A DNA stretch of 64,000 nt from Terriglobales bacterium (GTDB taxonomy: Bacteria; Acidobacteriota; Terriglobia; Terriglobales; Acidobacteriaceae): the NCBI GenBank assembly GCA_041946775.1, contig JBHGBA010000003.1:111969-175968 (forward strand), written 5' to 3'. The number at the start of each line of letters is the position of its first letter. Within the stretch, counting starts at the first letter, position 1. The translations under genes and the position numbers were made by a program. Positions 7,190 to 16,470 of the stretch are shown piece after piece. The notes below the pieces were generated by a model. That model made no database searches. It had not been told where the DNA came from and worked only from the letters and a program-made list of their open reading frames with translations.

Positions 7190-9705
7190 GGCGCCGCCTC
7201 CTTGTGGTTGCCGGCGGCAACGGGCTCCAGGGGCGAAACTTCCTGCCACGAAGTCCAGCCGTCGGGCGTGCGTTGCGACAGGTAGTCATGATGTGCGCGG
7301 GCCAGGACCAGCGGACCGTCTTCGATAGCCAGTGGCAACGGCTCGCCCTCGAGACTGACCCGCAACAGATCCTGCGCGAAGCTGAGCCGCAGTTTGCGTC
7401 CGCGAAATTCGAGGGGAATAGTGAGCCGGCGCCAATGGGGGAGCAGTCGCGGCGCGAAGCTTAGACCCTCACGGCGGACATGGACTCCTGCAAAGCCGAA
7501 CACGACGGCCTGCCAGAGTCCGCCGATGGCGGCGGCGTGCACGCCGCCGGCCGCGTTGCCCATGTTGTTGCCCAGATCAATCTCAGCCGCCTGGCGCAAA
7601 TAGCGCGCGGCGGTGTCGAGGTGACCGAGACGGGCCGCCAGTAGCGCGTGAATCGAAGGGCTTAGTGAACTGCCGTGGCCAGTGCGCGGCTCGTAGTACC
7701 GGAAATTGATTTCGCGCACGTCGGCAGGGAAGTCGTCCCACAACAAGTACATCGCCATGAGCACGTCGGCCTGCTTCACGACATTCGTCTTTTGAATGCG
7801 GTCGTGGCCGAGGATCACGTCCATAGCGGCACTGCGCGGCTCGTAGGACTTCAGATCAACCTGCTCCAGTTGGAAATAGCCCCGGAACTGCTCGTAGAGC
7901 TTGGTCTGCGGATCGAAGGCGACGTACATGGCGTCGGCCAGACGTGCCCAGGTTTCGAGTTCTTCGGGTGTGATCTCCAGGCGGCGCGATAAATCGTTCC
8001 AGTGCTCCGGCCAGCGCTCGCTGAGGATGCGCGCGGTGTCGCGCCCGCGACGCATGTTCCACGCGGCCATGATGTTGGTGAAGACACTATCGTCAACGTT
8101 CTCGTGGTATTCGTCGGGGCCGATGACGCGGCGGATGTGGTAACGGCCGTCTTCCTCGATGCGTCCGCGGCTGGCCCAGAAGCGCGCGGTTTCCAGCATG
8201 ATCTCGGCGCCCGCACGCAGAAAGTACCCATCGTCGGCGGTCACGTCCCAGTACTGCCAGATGGCATAGGCAATATCGGCGGTGATGTGGTTCTCCATCT
8301 CGCCGTTGTTGACCTCGATGACGCGGCCGCGCGGGTCGATGACGAAACGGGGAGTGGTTTCCTCGCCGGTGTCGGCTGACTCCCACGGATACATCGCGCC
8401 ACGATATCCAGCAACGCGGGCCTTTTCGCGCGCTGCCTGGAGCGTGTGGTGCCGATAGAGCATCAGGGCACGCGCCGAGGGCGGATGAGTGAAACTGTAG
8501 AAGGGCACCATGTAGATCTCGGTGTCCCAGAACACGTGCCCTTTGTAGGCTTCGCCGGTAAGCGCCCGAGCGCCGATGGACACCCCGGGATCTTCCGGGT
8601 TGGCAGCGCAGATCAGATGGTATTCGGCAAACCGCAGTGCCCGTTGGAGCGCGGGATCACCTTCCACCTCGATATCGGATGAGCGCCAACGCGCTTGCCA
8701 AGCGGCGCCATGCGCGTCAACCGCGCTGCGTATATCACCCGAGAGAATGCGGTTGACGTGATTGATGGCTGCCGCCACCGGCTCGGCGTTTTCGCGCGAG
8801 GTGTAGATTGCAACCAGGCGGTCGAGGCGATAATCGGCGCCGATCTCGACAGCGACCTTGAAGCGCTCGGTGATGCGGCGTTCGCCAATTTCGATTTCGC
8901 GGCTGCCGCCGTCCTGCCCGGCGCCGACCATCTGGCTGGCGGCGCCGAAAGCTACCGTGATGTTTCGTCCAGGAGAGCGCAGGGCAAGCGGCAAGACGTT
9001 GGGCCGCGTGGCCGACCGCCGCACCTTGTATTCCTCAGGCGGGCCGACGGCGAGCACGGCGGGCGGAAGTTCGATACAGGTCTCGAAGCGCACTTCGCCG
9101 CTGTGGTTCTCCGGCGTGAACACTACCGACTGCACCAGCAGGTGCCGGTCCGCCAGCGAGGCGAAGCGGAACGCCAGGATGCGGGTGATGCGTCCGCTGG
9201 GGTCGCGGTGCCGCCACTCCCGCCAGAGAATCCCGTGGCGCAGGTCCAGGATGCGACGGTGCTCCAGTATCTGGCCCTGATCCATGCTAAGGGCATGGCC
9301 GTCAATCCAGGCGCGGACGCCCGTCCAGTCTGGCAGGATGAACAGGCCGGGCACGCCGCCCGGTTTCGGGTCGTGTTCAAAAACGCCGGCCACGAAGGTG
9401 GCGGGCGCGCTGAGTGGAGTTCCTTCGGCCAGGGATGCGCGATTGCCGACGTAGCCGTTTCCGATGGCGAGCAATGATTCGACTTCGTGCTCGCGGGCCA
9501 GGGTGAAGCCCTCTTCGATGAGGACCCAGGCGGGATCACGGCTGAGTTCCGCGAGTGCCATTACCTCCGGCGGCTCCGTCTGCGCCAATCGGCCGGGGGC
9601 ATCGGCAGAAGAGGGCTCGGCACGCATCGATTCTTCGTTAGAACGAAGGCCAGGGGTCAGGTCGGACTGCTGCATGGAGTTCCTCAGATCAGCCGGGCGG
9701 AACAA
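7186..9705 (-). CDS. glycoside hydrolase family 65 phosphorylase (trehalose/maltose/kojibiose-type)
   Basis: 839-aa ORF with GEAYKGHVFWDTEIYMVPFY and YPWESADTGEE motifs of GH65. The true start is uncertain because there are several in-frame Met. Confidence 0.85.
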   Translation of the reverse strand: MFRPADLRNSMQQSDLTPGLRSNEESMRAEPSSADAPGRLAQTEPPEVMALAELSRDPAWVLIEEGFTLAREHEVESLLAIGNGYVGNRASLAEGTPLSAPATFVAGVFEHDPKPGGVPGLFILPDWTGVRAWIDGHALSMDQGQILEHRRILDLRHGILWREWRHRDPSGRITRILAFRFASLADRHLLVQSVVFTPENHSGEVRFETCIELPPAVLAVGPPEEYKVRRSATRPNVLPLALRSPGRNITVAFGAASQMVGAGQDGGSREIEIGERRITERFKVAVEIGADYRLDRLVAIYTSRENAEPVAAAINHVNRILSGDIRSAVDAHGAAWQARWRSSDIEVEGDPALQRALRFAEYHLICAANPEDPGVSIGARALTGEAYKGHVFWDTEIYMVPFYSFTHPPSARALMLYRHHTLQAAREKARVAGYRGAMYPWESADTGEETTPRFVIDPRGRVIEVNNGEMENHITADIAYAIWQYWDVTADDGYFLRAGAEIMLETARFWASRGRIEEDGRYHIRRVIGPDEYHENVDDSVFTNIMAAWNMRRGRDTARILSERWPEHWNDLSRRLEITPEELETWARLADAMYVAFDPQTKLYEQFRGYFQLEQVDLKSYEPRSAAMDVILGHDRIQKTNVVKQADVLMAMYLLWDDFPADVREINFRYYEPRTGHGSSLSPSIHALLAARLGHLDTAARYLRQAAEIDLGNNMGNAAGGVHAAAIGGLWQAVVFGFAGVHVRREGLSFAPRLLPHWRRLTIPLEFRGRKLRLSFAQDLLRVSLEGEPLPLAIEDGPLVLARAHHDYLSQRTPDGWTSWQEVSPLEPVAAGNHKEAAP

Positions 9706-9843
9706 GTTCTAGTTTTCAGATGTCGCAGCCGCGCGCGTGGTCGCTTGCTTGGACGCCAACCCATATCGGCGGGTCGGCAGACCGGCGCACCTGCACCTTC
9801 TTCGGCGCATCTAGCCAACAAAGAAAGTGAGAGGAGCACACCT

Positions 9844-10380
9844 ATGCTCACCGGCGAGTTGAGACGCGAGCGCGCGTCACAAGTGCCGCGCTCATTCGAT
9901 TTGCTTTCAGTAATCGCATTAAAGGCGGAGTCGCTGCTCGGGTACTCCGGCTTGCGCGTCAGGCTGGGCGTAGCGCCAGCGGTACTGACGCAAGTGCTCG
10001 AAGAGCTCGGGATCGAGCCGTTCCGCGACGACGACGTGAAACGATACAAGGCGAAGAAGGCGCGCGCCGCGGAACACGAAAGCTGGCGCGAGTTCCTGCA
10101 CGCCGCCCGGGTCGAGGGCCTTGCGCCCGGCGGCCTGATCGGCAGCTTCGTGCGCGCTTCTTGGCGGCGCGTCAGGCTGGGCAAGTTCAAGGGCGAGGTG
10201 CCTGCATTCGCGTTGTCGAAGGCCATCGAGATCAAGGAACGTTTGCCCAAGGCCGAGTTCTACGTCGAAGAACTGGTGGTCGAGAAGCAGTACGATCCAT
10301 TTCTCGTCGTGCGATGCGGCCGTGAAGAGTTCTACCTTGAGGTCTGGGACGAACGCGATTTCGAGCGAGAGCAGGCGTAG
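9844..10380 (+). CDS. hypothetical protein (178 aa)
   Basis: Internal ATG of the 297-aa ORF is preceded by GAGAGGAG. I recognised no family. Confidence 0.5.
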   Translation: MLTGELRRERASQVPRSFDLLSVIALKAESLLGYSGLRVRLGVAPAVLTQVLEELGIEPFRDDDVKRYKAKKARAAEHESWREFLHAARVEGLAPGGLIGSFVRASWRRVRLGKFKGEVPAFALSKAIEIKERLPKAEFYVEELVVEKQYDPFLVVRCGREEFYLEVWDERDFEREQA

Positions 10381-10646
10381 ATTGGCACGGGTTTCTCCAG
10401 AAAAGCGGAGTCACCGCTGGGGCGATATACGACCGGTGAAATCCTGCAGCAGCACACGTCGGCTGGGCCGGTCGGAACTTGTTGGAAAAATTAGTTGCTC
10501 CACGTGCGGCGCCTGGGTGTGGAAAGTGGCAGCGGTCGTGCGTTACGGCAGATCGGTGACTCCAGCGGTCCGGAGTGGGGGCGGGCGCTTCGCTCCGGTG
10601 CTGCAAGGGCGCATCTAGTGTCGTTCTGGAATGCAGAACGCGTGGG

Positions 10647-10676
10647 GCGCGGACCGATGCTGGTCCGCGCTTCTTT
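10647..10676 (+). terminator. GC-rich hairpin GCGCGGACC-gatgct-GGTCCGCGC followed by TTCTTT
   Basis: 9-bp perfect stem plus a T-rich tail. It abuts the stop of the convergent ABC-2 permease gene. Confidence 0.45.
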
Positions 10677-11478
10677 AGCTCACGGTTTCCGCGCTGTAGC
10701 GGGGAACCAGGCCGGTGCGCACCGCGTGGCGGTAGGTACGAGTGAAGAACCAACCCGCGAGGACGATGTAACCGAACGCCAGCGCAGCGGCCAACGTAAG
10801 TGTTGCCGCAGACGCCGCTCGGCCCAGCACAATGCTCCGCATGCCCTCGAACACGTAAGCCGGCGGCAAGACGCGGGAGACGTATTGCATCCAGCGCGGC
10901 AGTGTGGACAGCGGATAGAAGACGCCCGCAAACGGCGACAGCAGCGCGGGTATCGGCCAGACGAACCATTCCGATGCCGGCCCGAAGCGCAGCACCAGCG
11001 CGCTGCCCACAATGCCCAGCGCGATGCCGAACAGAAACAGCACCAGGAAGAATGGAACCAACATTAGGCCGTAGACGAAAAACGACAACCCAAACACAGC
11101 AGTCGCAAGCACCACCATCACGGTGAGGCCGACCGAGCTGGTTGCAATACTGGAGAGCACCAGGCCGGCGACGTATTCGGTTATTGAAAGCGGAGTGGCG
11201 AAGAAGTTCAGGAAATTGCGCGACCAGACATCTTCGAAGAAGGCCATGGTGACGCCCTGCATTACGCGGGCGAAGAAATCCCACAGCAGAACGGCGCCGA
11301 GCAGCGTGGGGACAAAGTTGAAGCCGGGCGATGTTACCGTGTTCAGGTATCGCGTGATGAATCCCCACAGCACGATGTCAATGCCCACCCAAGCGAACAG
11401 CGGCAATACGCGCGAGAAGCTGCCGCGTATCAGGTAGAACTGCCGCAGGACGATGGCTGTTGTGCGGGGCAGATACAT
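10675..11478 (-). CDS. ABC-2 type transporter permease
   Basis: 267 aa with about 6 TM segments and the typical ABC-2 N-terminus LRQFYLIRGSFSRV. It starts 3 nt after the ATPase gene. Confidence 0.85.
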   Translation of the reverse strand: MYLPRTTAIVLRQFYLIRGSFSRVLPLFAWVGIDIVLWGFITRYLNTVTSPGFNFVPTLLGAVLLWDFFARVMQGVTMAFFEDVWSRNFLNFFATPLSITEYVAGLVLSSIATSSVGLTVMVVLATAVFGLSFFVYGLMLVPFFLVLFLFGIALGIVGSALVLRFGPASEWFVWPIPALLSPFAGVFYPLSTLPRWMQYVSRVLPPAYVFEGMRSIVLGRAASAATLTLAAALAFGYIVLAGWFFTRTYRHAVRTGLVPRYSAETVS

Positions 11479-11480
11479 GG

Positions 11481-12230
11481 TTATCTCAGCTCCAGCGTAA
11501 GCGGCTCGCGGGCGACAGTTATGAAAAGTTCCTCCAGGGTCCGCTTACCGTGATCGCGCGGCAAGGTCCTGGGATTGCCTTCGAGCAGGATCTTGCCGCG
11601 CGACAGAAAAAGCACGCGGTCGCACACCTCTTCGACTTCGTACATGTTGTGCGAGGTCCACAGCACGCCTCCGATGCTTTCGCCGGTGAACTCGCGGATC
11701 TTGTTGCGCAGTTCGCGGGCAGTTGCGGGATCGAGCGACGCCGTAGGTTCATCGAGCAATAGCAGATGCGGGCGATTCAGCATCGCCTTTGCCAATGAAA
11801 CGCGCGTTTGCTCGCCGGAAGACAGCACGCCGTATTTCACGTTGCGAAAGCGCTCGAGATCAAACTGCTTGAGCAACACCTCGATGCGCTCTGACAGGCG
11901 CTTCACTCCGTAGATCATGCCGAAGATGCGGAGGTTCTGGGCGACCGTGAGGTTCCCCGGCAGCGGCGCGTACACCGCCGCGAAATTGGTGCAAGAGAGC
12001 GCCTGCGAGCGGCGCGTCGCCAAGTCGGCGCCTTCAATGGTTATGCTGCCGGCGGTCGGCTCCAGGACGCCGAGCACCATGTTGATGGTCGTGGTCTTTC
12101 CTGCCCCATTAGGGCCGAGCAGTCCGACGATCTCGTTGCGCCCAACGTCGAACGAGATCCCATCTACGGCGAGCGTTTCGCCGTAAAGCTTGCGCAGCTT
12201 GCGAACCGAGAGTACGGATGCGGCGTTCAT
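11481..12230 (-). CDS. ABC transporter ATP-binding protein
   Basis: Walker A GPNGAGKTT, signature LSSGEQTR, Walker B LLLLDEPT. Confidence 0.9.
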   Translation of the reverse strand: MNAASVLSVRKLRKLYGETLAVDGISFDVGRNEIVGLLGPNGAGKTTTINMVLGVLEPTAGSITIEGADLATRRSQALSCTNFAAVYAPLPGNLTVAQNLRIFGMIYGVKRLSERIEVLLKQFDLERFRNVKYGVLSSGEQTRVSLAKAMLNRPHLLLLDEPTASLDPATARELRNKIREFTGESIGGVLWTSHNMYEVEEVCDRVLFLSRGKILLEGNPRTLPRDHGKRTLEELFITVAREPLTLELR

Positions 12231-12277
12231 GGCATGTTGCGTCGGATGCGCGGCCGGGGCGATTGGAACTGGCTATT

Positions 12278-13117
12278 CTACGGCTTCGCTGCGGGTACGC
12301 CACCAAGCCTGCTTGCCTCGGACGCCGGGGCTGGGGCGGGCTTTTCCGGCGCGTTCACCACGTAATCGGCGTACTTGATGGTCAGAGTAGCGACTCCACC
12401 GAGCCGCACGTCGGTAGTCGAAAGATTTTCGGCGGGCAGCCAGAAATCGCCCACTTTCGCGTAAGAGTGGTTGATGCGTGTTTTGCTGATCCAGAACGAC
12501 GGACGCTTCGCCGGCTCGGCTTCGATCTTGACCACGGCGAAGTCGCTGCCATCCACCCACACTTTGCCGCGATACAAAAACTTGCTTTTCTGTTTGGGGA
12601 TGACACCGAGCAGGTAACAGGGCCGGTCATTCACAGCCTCTGTGCCCAGCAACTCGAATTGATAATTCTGGGGCCCGAGGGCGGTGCTTTTGGCGTTGTC
12701 CTTAGTGGCGGCTTCCTGTTCGCTCTCCAGCAGTTTCTTCAGCACGCGGTTGATCAGCAGGGAAGAGCCGTTCTGCGAGACTATCGTGAATTCCTTCTGA
12801 TTGGGCGCCGTGTACTGCGCGCGCACGGTCATGACAGCCTCGCGCTTGCCCGGGAAGCCGGTGTACCGGACGTGATACACACGATTGCCGCTGTAGTTGC
12901 GCAAGGCTTCCGCCCGCTCACGATTGCGTTCGGTCATTTGCTGCACGATCTGCTCCGCCGAGAGCGACGGAAGCGGCGTGGCGGCGGACTGGGCCGACGC
13001 GGCGAGCGGCAGGAACGAGGCAAGCACGCACAGGAAAGCGAGCGCCGCGTGTGAACCGATGGCTGTGCGGTTCTGCAAACAAAAATGTCGGATGGCGAGT
13101 GAGGTGATCGCGTTCAT
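12278..13117 (-). CDS. LolA-like / outer-membrane lipoprotein-sorting-like protein
   Basis: The internal Met gives signal peptide MNAITS...LPLAASAQS. The beta-rich body (CYLLGVIPKQKSKFLYRGKVWVDGSDFAVVKIE) resembles the LolA-like fold family. Confidence 0.55.
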   Translation of the reverse strand: MNAITSLAIRHFCLQNRTAIGSHAALAFLCVLASFLPLAASAQSAATPLPSLSAEQIVQQMTERNRERAEALRNYSGNRVYHVRYTGFPGKREAVMTVRAQYTAPNQKEFTIVSQNGSSLLINRVLKKLLESEQEAATKDNAKSTALGPQNYQFELLGTEAVNDRPCYLLGVIPKQKSKFLYRGKVWVDGSDFAVVKIEAEPAKRPSFWISKTRINHSYAKVGDFWLPAENLSTTDVRLGGVATLTIKYADYVVNAPEKPAPAPASEASRLGGVPAAKP

Positions 13118-13269
13118 TCCTGTAAGTTGATGCTGAATCGCAGACGTATGTCTTAAAAATGTCCACAACATGTGAAAGGCAAGATCAACTCCCTTGCTTC
13201 CGGCGCCCCAGAGTTGCTTCCTGCCCTGGCGGGGACACGCGGCCGTCTTCAATCGGGTGACTCCGCAGC

Positions 13270-13650
13270 CTATTCCTCCGCTGCCAGCGACTTCTTCAGG
13301 TCGTTAACCAAGCGGTTGGCGACTTCGCGCGCGCCGCCCCGCTTGAACGGCCCGAGCAGGCTGCGATCGCCTGCCTCGGAAGCCCACAGCACCGTCCCAG
13401 CTGTGTCCACGATCGAAACGGCGCCGGTGGCCGTGTCATGCAATCCAAGATAGCGGCCTGTAATCACCGATCCGGTATCGGTCTTCTGCTCGCCGGTACC
13501 GATCAGAAGCGCGCCGGCTTCATCCTTGTTCATCACGAGCACGAAGCGGCCGGGCAACTGCTTGGAAAACTCCGCGCGCAGTTCAAAGAGGCAGCAACTC
13601 AGCGGAATCATGCTGCGAGATTGGCGCCGCTTCAGTGACATGCGACACAC
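13270..13650 (-). CDS. hypothetical protein (113-126 aa)
   Basis: The ORF sits in the operon between the Omp85-like and LolA-like genes. I recognised no motif, and the start is ambiguous (13650/13641/13611). Confidence 0.45.
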   Translation of the reverse strand: MCRMSLKRRQSRSMIPLSCCLFELRAEFSKQLPGRFVLVMNKDEAGALLIGTGEQKTDTGSVITGRYLGLHDTATGAVSIVDTAGTVLWASEAGDRSLLGPFKRGGAREVANRLVNDLKKSLAAEE

Positions 13651-13696
13651 CTGCGCGGCCGGCTATTGCAGGCTGCGGCGACCTTATTTTCCAGAA

Positions 13697-15436
13697 CTAT
13701 CGGGCGGTTGTAACGTAGAACACGTTTCTGCCCGTGCGCAGGTCCTTGCCGTAAGAAAAGAGCACTTGCACTCCCAGAACGCCCGCCTTCGCCTGTACGC
13801 CGGTATCCACCAACCATGCCTTCGGTCCGAGCAGCGGTGAGCTATCAGTGATCTTGCCAGTATCAAAGAACGGCCCGAGTTTGAAGGTAAACAGGCCGTT
13901 ACGGTAAACGTTCTTGTCCATCTCCCAGTTGGCAAGGAAGTAACGGCGGCCCAGCGGAGCGTTGCCGTTGCGTCCGTTGTGGGTGGCAGCATGGGCCCGC
14001 AGCCAAAGGTCGTTGTCGCGATCCACGCCGAGCATAAACAGTTCGTCAAACGGGACCCGGCCGAAAATCATGCCCGCCCGCAGTTGCAGCCGGTTTTCGT
14101 AATCGTCGCCGCGCGCCCGCGGAAGCCAATGGGTTTCCACCGTAGCCTGCACCTTGGCAAACCCGTGGCGCGGCTGCGACCACAGAGTTCCGATCTGCGA
14201 CCGCAGGGCGGCGCGAGCGACCAACCGGTGCTCCGGCACGCGCAGCCATTCGTAGTTCACCCGCGCCAGGTGTTTGAGGGCGTACCCGGACAACAACAGC
14301 TCGGACGGCGCTGCGCCTGTCAGGCCGCGGTAGTCGCGGTGCGAGAGTTCGGCGCCGGCAGACCACTGCCAGCGACCGCTGCTGAACGACGTGATTTCTA
14401 CACCTGCTGCTTCTCGACGCAGGTTTAACCCGGCCAGCAGCGGAGCCGGGTTCGAGGAGGGATTGCGAATGTCCCAGTTTTCATTGCGCAGATCGAGTAC
14501 GATGCGGTAGCGCCACTTCGCGTCTGCTCGCAGCGGGCGGGACATTGCGGCCTGGAGGCGTCGTTTCTCCGTGTCCCAACGTATAAGGGCTGATAAGTTG
14601 ACCGCCGACCGTCCCAGGTTGGAGTACTCCGGGGTGACCGTCTGGTAGAAGATTCCCCGAAAAGTCGAGACCAGCGCCTGCCATTTACCGCTGCCCCAAC
14701 CATTCCGTTCCTGCGCACGGAAGATCACGTCGAACCGGTTGTCCGGGCAGGCGGCCAGATCGAAAGTGTGAGTGGGGAAGATGCCCAGAGCACGCACACG
14801 AACATCGCTTGTCAGCAGGTCCGGCAATCGCAAGCTACTGGCTGGAGAGAAAGCAAAGGCCCGGTCCAGCAGGGACGGCCTGACGCGCAGTTGGGGAACA
14901 ACCCTGACCGCCGCGACGTGAGGTTTGCCCACGCGGTTCCAGTATTTCAGCGCTGCCTCGAGGTTGCCCTGCATGAAATACACGGTAGCCAAAAGGTCGT
15001 TGGCGTACGTGTCGTCGGAATCAAGGCGCAGTGCGCGGCGCAGCCAGACTGCTGCCTCAGGATAACGTTTCTGTAGAAAATTCACGCCCCCGAGTTCGAC
15101 GGGGAAGCGCGGGTCTTGAGGCTGCAACTGATGACCGGCCAGGAACGCGGTTCGCGCTTCGTCCCAGCGCCCCAATCGCGCCAAAGCCATTCCGTAGTAA
15201 TAGTTGAGGCCGGCCGAACGCGCAGGTACAGACTCGGCCAAGTGCACGACCTCATCCCACTGCTCCGCGGCAGCGTGCTGTCGAATCGCAGGGAGCGGGT
15301 CGGCATTGGAGGGAAGGGACTGTCCCCGGACGGCCGGAGCGGTCAAGCCGAGCACAAGCAGCAGAGCTAAGGCAGCGATCCAGTCGCGACCTGCTGCGGC
15401 ACAGCCAGTAGGGTCCAGTTGCCGGCTGCCTTCCAT
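13697..15436 (-). CDS. TPR-repeat protein fused to an Omp85/surface-antigen-like beta-barrel
   Basis: Signal peptide WIAALALLLVLGLTAPAVRGQ. N-terminal TPR repeats include YYYGMALARLGRWDEA and ATVYFMQGNLEAALKYW. The C-terminal pattern (FFDTGKI...GVQAKAGVLGVQVLFSYG) resembles the Bac_surface_Ag barrel. Confidence 0.7.
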   Translation of the reverse strand: MEGSRQLDPTGCAAAGRDWIAALALLLVLGLTAPAVRGQSLPSNADPLPAIRQHAAAEQWDEVVHLAESVPARSAGLNYYYGMALARLGRWDEARTAFLAGHQLQPQDPRFPVELGGVNFLQKRYPEAAVWLRRALRLDSDDTYANDLLATVYFMQGNLEAALKYWNRVGKPHVAAVRVVPQLRVRPSLLDRAFAFSPASSLRLPDLLTSDVRVRALGIFPTHTFDLAACPDNRFDVIFRAQERNGWGSGKWQALVSTFRGIFYQTVTPEYSNLGRSAVNLSALIRWDTEKRRLQAAMSRPLRADAKWRYRIVLDLRNENWDIRNPSSNPAPLLAGLNLRREAAGVEITSFSSGRWQWSAGAELSHRDYRGLTGAAPSELLLSGYALKHLARVNYEWLRVPEHRLVARAALRSQIGTLWSQPRHGFAKVQATVETHWLPRARGDDYENRLQLRAGMIFGRVPFDELFMLGVDRDNDLWLRAHAATHNGRNGNAPLGRRYFLANWEMDKNVYRNGLFTFKLGPFFDTGKITDSSPLLGPKAWLVDTGVQAKAGVLGVQVLFSYGKDLRTGRNVFYVTTAR

Positions 15437-15936
15437 TCTCTTTCGAAACTTGACCATTCCTGCTTGAGCAGCTTGCGTTGGGCCGGATCATTGAGCATGA
15501 CGAGCTGTTGTTCCCAGTCGAGTCCGACGACCACGACATAATGCAGCGGAGCGCCGACGCCAACCGGCTTCAGGGCCGCCACTAGTGGACGGCCCCGTTG
15601 CAAGTGAGTGCGGAAATCTTTCCACTCGCCGCGGAAGGCAAAGGTGCGAAATCCGTTCTCTCGCAGATAGCGCTCCAGATCGGACGCATAGATTCCGTGC
15701 GCCTGGGGGGAGTACAGCGCGCGCTGGATCGTCGTCACATCAGCGTTGTCGCCGAACGCACGCTCCTGTTTCAGGAGCCAGTACTGCATGACCATGGCGA
15801 CGCTGGCCGCCCCGCAACCGTTCGTCTCCTGCTTGACGAACGGCACGTCCAGCCACAGGCCCGGCGGCCCGGCCGCAAACGCCAGGCCGCACAGAAAAAC
15901 CACAGCCGCCAATGTCCTGCACAACATAGGACGCAT
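15367..15936 (-). CDS. secreted C39-like (papain-fold) cysteine peptidase
   Basis: Signal peptide, QETNGCGAASVAMVMQYW catalytic-Cys motif and a downstream HYVVVVG His motif. Confidence 0.75.
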   Translation of the reverse strand: MRPMLCRTLAAVVFLCGLAFAAGPPGLWLDVPFVKQETNGCGAASVAMVMQYWLLKQERAFGDNADVTTIQRALYSPQAHGIYASDLERYLRENGFRTFAFRGEWKDFRTHLQRGRPLVAALKPVGVGAPLHYVVVVGLDWEQQLVMLNDPAQRKLLKQEWSSFEREWKAAGNWTLLAVPQQVATGSLP

Positions 15937-15943
15937 GGAATCG

Positions 15944-16348
15944 CTAGCGAACTGCCACGATGATCAAAACGAGTGCGGCAATGCCCAAAATAATGATCAG
16001 CAGGTCCCGATCACTTAATGCGCCCGCTGCGAAGTCGGCTTGGGCCTTCTCCGCCCGTGAGGCAAGCTGGGCCAGTTCCTCGTCGTTCAATGTGGCAACC
16101 GCTGTCTTGACCTGCTCGGGGTCCATCCTCGCGGATTTCATCGCCTTGCCTGCCTTGGGCGAAGACAGGAAGCGCGTGACAGTGTCGAGATTACGCTGCC
16201 GCGCTTGGGTGGCAGCAAGCATCTCCTTTTGCATATCGGCGGGGCTTACGACGTGGCCCTGAGCCAACAGACCCGGGCAGCCAGCAACCACGATGACCAG
16301 CGTGCAAGCAAGCAAGCGGCGGAGGAATTGCCGCATATCGGTGAGCAT
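15944..16348 (-). CDS. small lipoprotein-signal / C-terminal TM protein (PA2779-like, from memory)
   Basis: ATG preceded by AGGAGA. Lipobox VVAGC. ATLNDEELAQLASRAEKA is followed by the C-terminal TM helix LLIIILGIAALVLIIVAV. The gene sits 7 nt upstream of the C39 peptidase gene. Confidence 0.55.
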   Translation of the reverse strand: MLTDMRQFLRRLLACTLVIVVAGCPGLLAQGHVVSPADMQKEMLAATQARQRNLDTVTRFLSSPKAGKAMKSARMDPEQVKTAVATLNDEELAQLASRAEKAQADFAAGALSDRDLLIIILGIAALVLIIVAVR

Positions 16349-16440
16349 CTCTTGCAATCTCCTGACGGAAGATTTGGCCAGAGTGTCGGTAATTATATAT
16401 CGTCTTCAAGAGCGGGACAGAGACAGAGCGTGCTGCAAGG

Positions 16441-16470
16441 TGGTGCATACTGGTGCGACGTGGTGCAGAG
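16441..16470. promoter_or_regulatory. three direct repeats TGGTGCR phased at exactly 10 bp
   Basis: tggtgcatac tggtgcgacg tggtgcagag, about 95-125 bp upstream of the cluster start at 16348. Confidence 0.3.

Noticed and set aside
16391-16410. TATAAT-like and TTGAAG-like hexamers on the minus strand upstream of the envelope cluster
   Set aside because: The spacer between them is only about 6 nt, which is incompatible with a sigma-70 promoter.
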